A stretch of DNA of 64,000 nucleotides from Macrostomum hystrix (lineage: Eukaryota; Animalia; Platyhelminthes): the NCBI GenBank assembly GCA_950097015.1, contig CATNEN010000038.1:11408001-11472000 (forward strand), written 5' to 3'. Made by a program: the position numbers and the translations under genes. The notes under the pieces were generated by a model that did no database searches, was not told the origin of the DNA, and saw only the letters and a program-made list of their open reading frames with translations. Of the stretch, positions 24,893 to 36,800 are shown in pieces. The number at the start of each line of letters is the position of its first letter. Positions within the stretch are counted from its first letter, which is position 1.

Positions 24893-27800
24893 AGTGCCCG
24901 ATATGGCGGTAGAAGCGGCGGCGGCAGCGATGGCAGCCGCAGCACTAGACCCCAACAAGACTGGAGCTGAGCTGGTGTCTGGCAGAGAGCGCCGAGCAAC
25001 ATTGGGCGGCTTTTGTATCTAGGCGAAGAACATCATTATCGTTCATCGTTTCGTTAATTAATTTAAAATTAATTGCTTGCTGCTTGCTTTCTCCGCAACG
25101 GTAAATAAAGTAAAGGTAACTTAAAAGAAAAACCAAAACCGCTAAAGTGCGTTTGGGAAGTCTCTTAGATACGCATTTGAGGGAAGCTTTTGAGTAGTTA
25201 GAGAAGCGTTTGAGTAGTTAGAGAAGCGTTTGAGTAGTTAGAGAAGCGTTTGAGTAGTTAGAGAAGCGTTTGAGTAGTTAGAGAAGCGTTTGAGTAGTTA
25301 GAGAAGCGTTTGAGTAGTTAGAGAAGCGTTTGAGTAGTTAGAGAAGCGTTTGAGTAGTTAGAGAAGCGTTTGGGTAGTTAGAGAAGCGTTTGAGTAGTTA
25401 GAGAAGCGTTTGAGTAGTTAGAGAAGCGTTTGAGTAGTTTTAGAAGAGTTTGAGTAGTTAGAGAAGCGTTTGAGTAGTTAGAGAAGCGTTTGGGTAGTTA
25501 GAGAAGCGTTTGAGTAGCTTGAGAAGCGTTTGAGTAGTTAGAGAAGCGTTTGAGTAGCTTGAGAAGCGTTTGAGTAGTTAGAGAAGCGTTTGAGTAGTTA
25601 GAGAAGCGTTTGAGTAGTTAGAGAAGCGTTTGGGTAGTTAGAGAAGCGTTTGAGTAGTTAGAGAAGCGTTTGGGTAGTTAGAGAAGCGTTTGAGTAGCTT
25701 GAGAAGCGTTTGAGTAGTTAGAGAAGCGTTTGAGTAGCTTGAGAAGCGTTTGAGTAGTTAGAGAAGCGTTTGAGTAGCTTGAGAAGCGTTTGAGTATTAA
25801 GAGAAGCGTTTGAGTAGTTAGAGAAGCGTTTGAGTAGTTAGAGAAGCGTTTGAGTATTAAGAGAAGCGTTTGAGTAGTTAGAGAAGCTTTTGAGTAGTTA
25901 GAGAAGCGTTTGAGTAGTTAGAGAAGCGTTTGAGTATTAAGAGAAGCGTTTGAGTAGTTAGAGAAGCGTTTGAGTAGTTAGAGAAGCGTTTGAGTATTAA
26001 GAGAAGCGTTTGAGTAGTTAGAGAAGCGTTTGAGTAGTTAGAGAAGCGTTTGAGTAGTTAGAGAAGCGTTTGGGTAGTTAGAGAAGCGTTTGAGTAGTTA
26101 GAGAAGCGTTTGAGTATTAAGAGAAGCGTTTGAGTAGTTAGAGAAGCGTTTGAGTAGTTAGAGAAGCGTTTGAGTAGTTTTAGAAGAGTTTGAGTAGTTA
26201 GAGAAGCGTTTGAGTAGTTAGAGAAGCGTTTGGGTAGTTAGAGAAGCGTTTGAGTAGCTTGAGAAGCGTTTGAGTAGTTAGAGAAGCGTTTGAGTAGCTT
26301 GAGAAGCGTTTGAGTAGTTAGAGAAGCGTTTGAGTAGTTAGAGAAGCGTTTGAGTAGTTAGAGAAGCGTTTGGGTAGTTAGAGAAGCGTTTGAGTAGTTA
26401 GAGAAGCGTTTGGGTAGTTAGAGAAGCGTTTGAGTAGCTTGAGAAGCGTTTGAGTAGTTAGAGAAGCGTTTGAGTAGCTTGAGAAGCGTTTGAGTAGTTA
26501 GAGAAGCGTTTGAGTAGCTTGAGAAGCGTTTGAGTATTAAGAGAAGCGTTTGAGTAGTTAGAGAAGCGTTTGAGTAGTTAGAGAAGCGTTTGAGTATTAA
26601 GAGAAGCGTTTGAGTAGTTAGAGAAGCTTTTGAGTAGTTAGAGAAGCGTTTGAGTAGTTAGAGAAGCGTTTGAGTATTAAGAGAAGCGTTTGAGTAGTTA
26701 GAGAAGCGTTTGAGTAGTTAGAGAAGCGTTTGAGTATTAAGAGAAGCGTTTGAGTAGTTAGAGAAGCGTTTGAGTAGTTAGAGAAGCGTTTGAGTAGTTA
26801 GAGAAGCGTTTGGGTAGTTAGAGAAGCGTTTGAGTAGTTAGAGAAGCGTTTGAGTATTAAGAGAAGCGTTTGAGTAGTTAGAGAAGCGTTTGAGTAGTTA
26901 GAGAAGCGTTTGAGTAGTTAGAGAAGCGTTTGAGTAGTTTTAGAAGAGTTTGAGTAGTTAGAGAAGCGTTTGAGTAGTTAGAGAAGCGTTTGGGTATTAA
27001 GAGAAGCGTTTGAGTAGTTAGAGAAGCGTTTGAGTAGTTAGAGAAGCGTTTGAGTATTAAGAGAAGCGTTTGAGTAGTTAGAGAAGCGTTTGAGTAGTTA
27101 GAGAAGCGTTTGAGTAGTTAGAGAAGCGTTTGGGTAGTTAGAGAAGCGTTTGAGTAGTTAGAGAAGCGTTTGAGTAGTTTTAGAAGAGTTTGAGTAGTTA
27201 GAGAAGCGTTTGAGTAGTTAGAGAAGCGTTTGGGTAGTTAGAGAAGCGTTTGAGTAGCTTGAGAAGCGTTTGAGTAGTTAGAGAAGCGTTTGAGTAGCTT
27301 GAGAAGCGTTTGAGTAGTTAGAGAAGCGTTTGAGTAGCTTGAGAAGCGTTTGAGTGTTTAGAGAAGCGTTTGAGTACTTAGAGAAGCGTTTGAGTAGTTT
27401 TAGAAGAGTTTGAGTAGTTAGAGAAGCGTTTGAGTAGTTAGAGAAGCGTTTGAGTAGTTAGAGAAGCGTTTGAGTAGTTTTAGAAGAGTTTGAGTACTTA
27501 GAGAAGCGTTTGAGTAGTTAGAGAAGTGTTTGGGTAGTTAGAGAAGCGTTTGAGTAGGTTTAGAAGAGTTTGAGTAGTTAGAGAAGCGTTTGGGTAGTTA
27601 GAGAAGCGTTTGAGTAGTTAGAGAAGCGTTTGAGTAGTTAGAGAAGCGTTTGAGTAGTTAGAGAAGAGTTTGAGTAGTTAGAGAAGCGTTTGAGTAGTTT
27701 TAGAAGAGTTTGAGTAGTTAGAGAAGCGTTTGAGTAGTTAGAGAAGCGTTTGGGTAGTTAGAGAAGCGTTTGAGTAGCTTGAGAAGCGTTTGAGTAGTTA

Positions 27801-30800
27801 AAGAAGCGTTTGAGTAGCTTGAGAAGCGTTTGAGTAGTTAGAGAAGCGTTTGAGTAGCTTGAGAAGCGTTTGAGTAGTTAGAGAAGCGTTTGAGTAGTTA
27901 GAGAAGCGTTTGAGTGTTTAGAGAAGCGTTTGAGTACTTAGAGAAGCGTTTGAGTAGTTTTAGAAGAGTTTGAGTAGTTAGAGAAGCGTTTGAGTAGTTA
28001 GAGAAGCGTTTGAGTAGTTAGAGAAGCGTTTAAGTAGTTAGAGAAGCGTTTGAGTAGTTAGAGAAGCGTTTGAGTGTTTAGAGAAGCGTTTGAGTAGTTA
28101 GAGAAGCGTTTGAGTAGTTAGATAAGCGTTTGAGTAGTTAGAGAAGCGTTTGAGTAGTTAGAGAAGCGTTTGAGTAGTTAGAGAAGCGTTTGAGTAGTTA
28201 GAAAAGCGTTTGAGCATTTAGTGGAGCGCTTGAGTATCGTTTTAATCGGGTAGGTACTCAAACGTTTCTTCAACACTTTCCTAGCTACTAGAGAGAATTT
28301 GGAGAAGTTTAGCTTTAGCAAGAAGCTAATTTTACTAATTTACCTATATAACTGACAGTAGTACTATGAAAAGCGAACTCTATAAACTCACCTCATTAAG
28401 CAGCAGGTAGAAAATGCAGCTCTGGCCATCGCTGTCCACATCTCGCATAACCAGCATATTCTTGCGATTGCTCACTCGCAGGTAGCTGAGGTGTTCGCGC
28501 AGTATCGGCACAGAGTTGTAACTGCCCTGGGACAGGCGCATTCGCGGATGCAGCGCCAGATTCTGATTGGCTTTCAGCGGGCACTGAAACTTTCCCGGCT
28601 CCATCTGGACTCGAACCTCGTAGTGCAGCGGCGCCGGCTCCGCGTTGGCTTCGTCATCCGAGGAGCCGGCCAGATCGTCGTTCGTCGAAGTCGAGTCTCG
28701 GTGATGGTGCCGAAGACGCTGCTGCTGATGCTGACGCTGCTGCTGGGAGGTCCTACGCGGCTGATTATGCTGCTGCTGCTGCTGTTGCTGACGCTTACGA
28801 TGGCTGTGCTGATGATGGTGATGATGCTGAGGGTCCTGCCAGTGAATATCGTCAGTAGCCGGGGGTACCAGCATCTCGCGGCATTTCAAAGTTCTTTGAA
28901 CCTCTTCGAGAAGTTTCAACTGGTTGACGCGGTAGATGAGTTTGGCAATGGTGCGGCTAACTGATGGCATGAGGTCGCACAGGCTGCACCGAGGACACAG
29001 ACTGCCATCTGTGGTCACGTGATAGCTGGAGTGGTGCTGCGGGATTAAATGTAGGTTGACAGAATCCCTAAACAGCATGATCCTAAGAAATTTAAATTCA
29101 TAAAGTACACCAACCATAAAACTTAACTACGAGCAAAAATCCATAAAAAATTAAAATTCCAAAATTACACGATCCTAAAACTTTAAATGTTTAAAGTACA
29201 CGATAATAAAGTACTTCAAATTCTTAAAGTACAGGACCCGAACAAATTAAAATGTTTAAAGTACACGATAATAAAGTACTTCAAATTCTTAAAGTACAGG
29301 ATCCGAAAAAAATTAAATGTTTAAAGTACACGATAATAAAGTACTTCAAATTCTTAAAGTACAGGACCCTAAAAAATTTAAATGTTTAAAGTACACGATA
29401 ATAAAGTACTTCAAAGTCTTAAAGTACATGATCCTAAAAACTTAAAATCCTCAAAGTACACGATCTCAAAAACTTCGAAACAATAAAGTACACGATTACT
29501 ACACGTGAAATCACCAACCTGGTAAAAGGTGAGTGTATTCCGAGCCGCTTGAAACTCGCACACCAACCAGCACTCCGGCAGCTGGTTCCAGGCCTTCTGC
29601 GACGCCAGAGCGTCCAAGGCGTCCGCCGCCTGACTGTTGGCTCCACCGCCTCCGGCGCCAGCTTCGTCGTTGTTGTCACCGTCTTCCTCGCTGCAGGACT
29701 CGCCAGCGTCGTAGCCTTCGCCTGTGCTGCTCTCTGGCCGGGAGGAAAACGGCTGCGGCGTCTGGGTGGAGCAGCTGAGCAATGGGGATTGGGATGGAAT
29801 CGGCTGAGGAATAGAAGAAAACTCAAATTTCGCCGACAATTTTTTTATTGGAATCTTTTCTGGAATCAAAGGAAAAATACTAGGTATCTTCAGAAGTAGG
29901 CAAATATCTGCTCCTATCTTTGTCTTAATAGGTATCGTCTCAGGTATCGACTGAAGCTATGTTCTGTGCACAGCACAGTGTAAATGGCACATCATTTAGT
30001 GACACTAGACCCGCAGCCCGCGAGGAGGCCTGTTCCGCTGACTCCTGAGCACACACGCACACAGATACTGTACGCATGCACACACTCACACAGGTGTGTA
30101 CATCTGCCCCTGACTTTCTCATCGTCAGGCAGTGTACATTCAACTGTGCCTTGACAAGCCACCAAGCCTTCTCTCCGCAACTGCGCCCCAATTTAATGTG
30201 GCCTCGCCGCGGAATCAATCTCAGGGACCATAGTGCGAGAGGCAGCCCATCGTACGTAACGACTAACGTTAGTCGATATCTTGGCCTTACCGAGTGGTCG
30301 GCGTGTCGCCCGATTTGTGTCGCCTAGGCGTAGACGAAACAGTGCGCATAGATAGCGGTCGCAGCTGCACAATGGGCGTAGGATGCTCCTCAACTTGACC
30401 ACCAACGGCGGCGGCTGCGGCGGCGGTGGCTGTGGGAGTCGACAACGACTCAGTCTTGACTAAATCGACGGTGGAGTCGACTACAGAGTTAGTTGTAGCA
30501 GCAACCAACGCTGTTGATGTGACCGCGGTGGCGGCAGCTTCCGCCTGCGAAACAGTGGAAGGTCGGTCAATTATTTTAAGAGTGCATGGCTTGCTTTTTA
30601 TAGGGGCTTAGCTTGTCGGCTTATTTTTAGATCAAAGAAAAAACGAAGAAGCAAAAGAAGCAGTAGCTAGACATTCTGATCGATTCCTGAGCAGATTCTC
30701 ACTCGATGGAAAAGACTTGAATAGAAGTGATAGACTTTGGGTCGATTCCTGAGCAGATTCTCACTCGATGGAAAAGCCTTGAATAGAGGTGATAGACTTT

Positions 30801-33800
30801 GGGTCGATTCCTGAGCAGATTCTCTCTCGATGGAAAAGCCTTGAATAGAAGTGATAGACTTTGGGTCGATTCCTGAGCAGGTTCTCACTCGATGGAAAAG
30901 CCTTGAATAGAAGTGATAGACTTTGGGTCGATTCCTGAGCAGGTTCTCACTCGATGGAAAAGCCTTGAATAGAGGTGATAGACTTTGGGTCGATTCCTGA
31001 GCAGATTCTCACTCGATGGAAAAGCCTTGAATAGAAGTGATAGACTTTGGGTCGATTCCTGAGCAGATTCTCACTCGATGGAAAAGCCTTGAATAGAAGT
31101 GATAGACTTTGGGTCGATTCCTGAGCAGATTCTCACTCGATGGAAAAGCCTTGAATAGAAGTGATAGACTTTGGGTCGATTCCTGAGCAGGTTCTCACTC
31201 GATGGAAAAGCCTTGAATAGAAGTGATAGAATTTGGTTCAATTCTTGAGCAGATTCTCACCTGTTGTGTAATGAGCTCGACTTCACTATCGACGCCTAGC
31301 AGGCTGGCAAACGAAAGGCGGGACTCGCACTTGCCCAGCAGAGCCGCAGCGGCCGGGTGCCTGGGATCCAAGGGTTGAATTTCGCTGTCCGAGGCGCTAC
31401 GCAACAATTTACGCTTCTGCTCAGACTGATCCAATTGTTGCAATTTCTGCTGCTGCAATAGCTGCTGCTTTTCGGCTAGGCAAAGATTGTCAACAGAGGC
31501 TGAAGGCAGCTTGGAGGCTGCGGCGGTGGTGGCGGCGGAGAAGGACGCGCACAGGTTGCTAGCGCCGCCACCGCATCTAGTCAGGTAGTGATACCGACCG
31601 ATTTGTTTGAATCGATGCGGCGAATCGTTGACTTGTATGACCTCTTCGGCTAGGAACCGATAGAATACCTGCGATTTAAAACAATAATGACAGGTTGGGG
31701 TATAGTTATAGATTATAGATATTTTTTTATTCAGGTTAGCTAGTAACTAATCTGCCTAATCTTTAGGTTGGCTATTCACAAATCTGCCTAATCTTTAGGT
31801 TGGCTAGTCACTAATCTGCCTAATCTTTAGGTTGGCTAGTCACTAATCTGCCTAATCTTTAGGTTGGCTAGTCACTAATCTGCCTAATCTTTAGGTTGGC
31901 TATTCACAAATCTGCCTAATCTTTAGGTTGGCTATTCACAAATCTGCCTAATCTTCAGGTAGGCTAGTCACTAATCTGCCTAATCCTCAGTCTACAGTCT
32001 AAGAATTAGTAGTTAAGCAGTCGAGTCGATCAGTGCTACCTCAACCGACTCCTCCACGCCGAACACAAACTGAAAATCGTCCTGGGTTGCCTCGCTATCG
32101 AAGTCCACGCTGAATCTAGAAATTCCCTGAGCAGCCGCGCGCTCGTTGCTGCCCAAAGCGGCCGGAGCAGCGGTCACGTGATGCACAACCCGGCTGAGAA
32201 CGGCCTCCGTGATTGGCGGTCGGCAGCGCATAATATTTACGATTTCATCGTTCAGCATCCATTGCAGCTCGCGATGACATTGAAACAGAATCTGGAAGGT
32301 GCGAATAGACGAGGAATCTCAAGATAGTAGTTCAGGGAACCTGATTGATAATTCAGGGAACCTGAAGATCTGAAGAACCTGAAGATCTGTGATCGGTAGT
32401 TCAGGAAACCTGATCGATAGTTCAGGAAACCTGATCGATAGTTCAGGGAATCTGAAGATCTGTGATCGGTAGTTCAGGAAACCTGATCGATAGTTCAGGG
32501 AACCTGAACGATAATTCAGGGAACCTGAACGATAATTCAGGGAACCTGAACGATAATTCAGGGAACCTGAAGATTTGTGATCGATAGGTCAGGGAACCTG
32601 ATCGATAATTCAGGGAACCTGAACGATAATTCAGGGAACCTGAACGATAATTCAGGGAACCTGAACGATAATTCAGGGAACCTGAAGATTTGTGATCGAT
32701 AGGTCAGGGAACCTGATCGATAATTCAGGGAACCTGAAGATCTGTGATCGGTAGTTCAGGGAACCTGAAGATCTGTGATCGGTAGTTCAGGGAACCTGAA
32801 GATCTGTGACCGGTAGTTCAGGGAACCTGATCGATAGGTCAGGGAACCTGATCGATAGGTCAGGGAACCTGATCGATAATTCAGGGAACCTGATCGATAA
32901 TTCAGGGAACCTGAACGATAATTCAGGGAACCTGAACGATAATTCAGGGAACCTGAAGATTTGTGATCGATAGGTCAGGGAACCTGATCGATAATTCAGG
33001 GAACCTGAAGATCTGTGATCGGTAGTTCAGGGAACCTGAAGATCTGTGATCGGTAGTTCAGGGAACCTGAAGATCTGTGACCGGTAGTTCAGGGAACCTG
33101 ATCGATAGGTCAGGGAACCTGATCGATAGGTCAGGGAACCTGATCGATAATTCAGGGAACCTGAAGATCTGTGATCGATAATTCAGGGAACCTGAAGATC
33201 TGTGATCGGTAGTTCAGGGAACCTGATCGATAATTCAGGGAACCTAGTCGATAATTCAGGGAACCTGATCGATAATTCAGGGAACCTGAGCGATAATTCA
33301 GGGAACCTGAGCGATAATTCAGGGAACCTGAGCGATAATTCAGGGAACCTGAGCGATAATTCAGGGAACCTGAGCGATAATTCAGGGAACCTGAGCGATA
33401 ATTCAGGGAACCTGATCGATAATTCAGGAAACCTGGTCGATAATTCAGGGAACCTGATCGATAATTCAGGGAACCTGGTCGATAATTCAGGGAACCTGAT
33501 CGATAATTCAGGGAACCTGATCGATAATTCAGGGAACCTAAAGACCGAGTAATATATAGTTCAGGGAACCAGAAGATCCGTAATCCGAGGTTAATGTAGC
33601 CTAACGATCGAGGATTAAAAGTTCAGGGAACCTTAAAAACCTGTAATCGTTACTTCAGGTACTCTGAAAACCTGTGATTCATAGTTCAGGGAATCTGAAG
33701 ACTAGTTTAGCCTACCAGTAAACCAAAATAACGGTGATCAACGAAAATACAAAAGGCATCACAGAGATCAAGGCCAATTCAAAAGCCGTTGGCACTGACC

Positions 33801-36800
33801 TCACGCTGCAGCTGCGGAAAGCCACGTCCGATGCCGAGCTGGCTGCCGCCGCTTCTGCCGACACCATCTTCATCTTCATCATCGTCATCGTCCTCTTCCT
33901 CGTCGTCCGAGCCGATGCTGCCAGCGTTGTCGTCTTCCTCGGCTGAGTCGACGCTGCTGCACGGCTGGCTTCCGTGATCATGACGCCGTCTGGCGACGCC
34001 ATCGCGTCCGTCGTCATCGTCTTCGTCGAGATGATCGCTGTCCATCGGATCGCGGCCCGCCGACCGGTCGTCGATTATTTCAGCCAGAGCGGCAGCCCGT
34101 CGCTCTCGGCGTCTTCGTCGCCTGTGTCGCTTACGCCGCTCAGCCCGACGTTGGGCTGTTTCTCTTTTCTCGTCGACGGCCGTTGCGGCAACGGGAGCCT
34201 CGCCGACAATGCCAACGCCATCGTTGACGTCGCCAGCCGTTGCTGATGTCGGCGCTGTTTCTGTTGGCGCTTTTGCCGCGACATCAGCAGCAGCAGCAGC
34301 AGAGTTGACATCAACTGGAGTTGACTTTTTATTGACGTCGGGGTCGGAAGCTGAAGTCGGAGCAGTTGCCGGTCCGGCCGACGCTGTAGCCACCGAAGTT
34401 GACCGGCCAGGCTCGATGGGCTTCAACGGCAGCAGGATGAGGCTGGCCCGGTAGCCGCCTCTGGCAGCAAGCAGCAGCTGGTGAAACGGATCAGATTCGC
34501 CAGAAGCCGGCGATAACAGGGCCTCGCCGAGACAGGTGAAGAACGATCGACCTTCAGTTTGCAAAGAATCCTCAGCTTCCTCATCTATGGCGTTGTCACC
34601 ATCACCATCTTCGTCCAGTCGATGATCGCCGTTTTCGACATTGTCAATGTCTGAATCCTCGTCGTCTTCGTTTACTTCAGCGCTAGCCGCGGCGGTGCAG
34701 TAGTACTGCAGGAACAGCGGGGAGCGCTTAGCCAGCGATCGCTGCTGTCGAAGCTCCTCGCCGAGATCGTCGGCCTCCGCAGCTGATAGGCGACGACGAC
34801 GACGACGATTGTGGGCCGACTTGGCCGAAGCTGCGCTGACGGCGTTCACCAGCGAGTTGACATCGGTGCGCTGGCCGCTATTAATGTCTTCAGGATCGTC
34901 CGGACCCACCGCGTCCGTCTGTGAAGTTCGAAAAGTACATTTTGAAGACCGGGGTTGTGTGGTTGGTCACTAAGAGTACATTGAATAGGCGAGGTGGGTC
35001 GCTAAAAGTATAATTGAGGTGGCGGGGTTAGTTGCTAAGAGTACATTGTAGTGTAGTGGTGGGGTTGGTTGCTAAGAGTAAAAAGAGGCGGGCTGGAAGT
35101 TTAAAGTACATCTGAGCGGAGGCGGTTGGTCAATAAAAGTACATTTGGGTGCGGGATCGATCGCTAAAAGTACATTTTGGTGATGTTTCACCAAGAGTCA
35201 ATCGCAAAGCAGTCTCACATTTTCACCCGTGTCGGAGCCGACTAGAAAGGCTGAACCAGGCCGATACTCTCCATCGTCAGTTGCGTCGTCATCCTCGTCG
35301 TCGTTGTCTTCCGTATCCTCCGGATTTGAGCCAGCGTTCAGCAGGGCGTCGATGCAGCCGCAGTTCAACGCGTAATAGCCGGGTAGGCAGCAGAGCTCGG
35401 AGAAGTATTTGCCTGGTGAGTTCATTGAGTTTGAGCAATCGGTATTAGGCAATTAAAATAAAAGTACATTAGGGATGAAAGTTGGATTAGGGATTAACAA
35501 ACCGATAGTTGCTCGAAATCGATTTGCGCTTCGCTGATGTGCTCCTGGGGAGGCTTCGCAGCAACGACTCAGCCGACGCAGCAGAGAGGTTTGCTGCTGG
35601 TCCTCCTGCTGCTGCAGCAGCAGCTTAGTAGCATAATAAACGTGCCCGCACGAATAGGTCAAGAAGTCGGTCAGGTCAATGTTTATCGAGGCCTGCTCCT
35701 CTAGTAGTTCGTCCAGAGCCGCTTGCAAAGAATTGCCTTCGATCACGAGGCGCTGCTGTGACGCCTGGAATACGACAGCAAAGCTAACAGATTCTAACAG
35801 ATTCTAATCTACCTGTCTAACAGATTCTAATCTACCTGTCTAACAGATTCTAATCTACCTGTCTAAAAGATTCTAATCTACCTGTCTACCAGAACCCCAA
35901 TCCACCTGTCTATCAGGCTCTTATCTACCTGTCTACCAGACTCCAATCTACCTGTCTACCAGACCCCAATCTACCTGTCTACCAGACCCCAATCTACCTG
36001 TCTACCAGAACCCCAATCCACCTGTCTATCAGGCTCTTATCTACCTGTCTACCAGACTCCAATCCACCTGTCTACCAGACCCCAATCTACCTGTCTACCA
36101 GACCCCAATCTACCTGTCTACCAGAACCCCAATCCACCTGTCTATCAGGCTCTTATCTACCTGTCTACCAGACTCCAATCCACCTGTCTACCAGACCCCA
36201 ATCTACCTGTCTACCAGAACCCTAATCCACCTGTCTATCAGGCTCTTATCTACCTGTCTACCAGACCCCAATCTACCTGTCTACCAGAACCCCAATCCAC
36301 CTGTCTACCAGACTCCAATCTACCTGTTTACCAGACCCCAATCTACCTGTCTACCAGAACCCCAATCCACCTGTCTACCAGAACCCCAATCCACCTGTCT
36401 ACCAGACTCCAATCCACCTGTCTACCAGACCCCAATCTACCTGTCTACCAGACTCCAATCTACCTGTCTACCAGACCCCAATCCACCTGTCTACCAGACC
36501 CCAATCTATCTGTCTACCAGAACTCCAATCCATCTGTCTATCAGGCTCTTATCTACCTGTCTACCAGACTCCAATAGTAAAAGCCGTCGCCAACCTGAAA
36601 GATAGTCCGCACGGTGGCGAGCGAGTGGACATCGGCCATAGCAGCAGTCAGCTGAGTCAGGTGGGTGTGAAGCTTGCCGCAGTCGTCGAGCAGTTTGTCT
36701 GTGGCGCAGACGACGCCGCCGCGGCTGGCAGCGCCGGCGCAGAAGGCCTCTCTATCCATGTACTTTGGAGCAGGGTCGCCCAGGCGGTATCTGTGAATAG

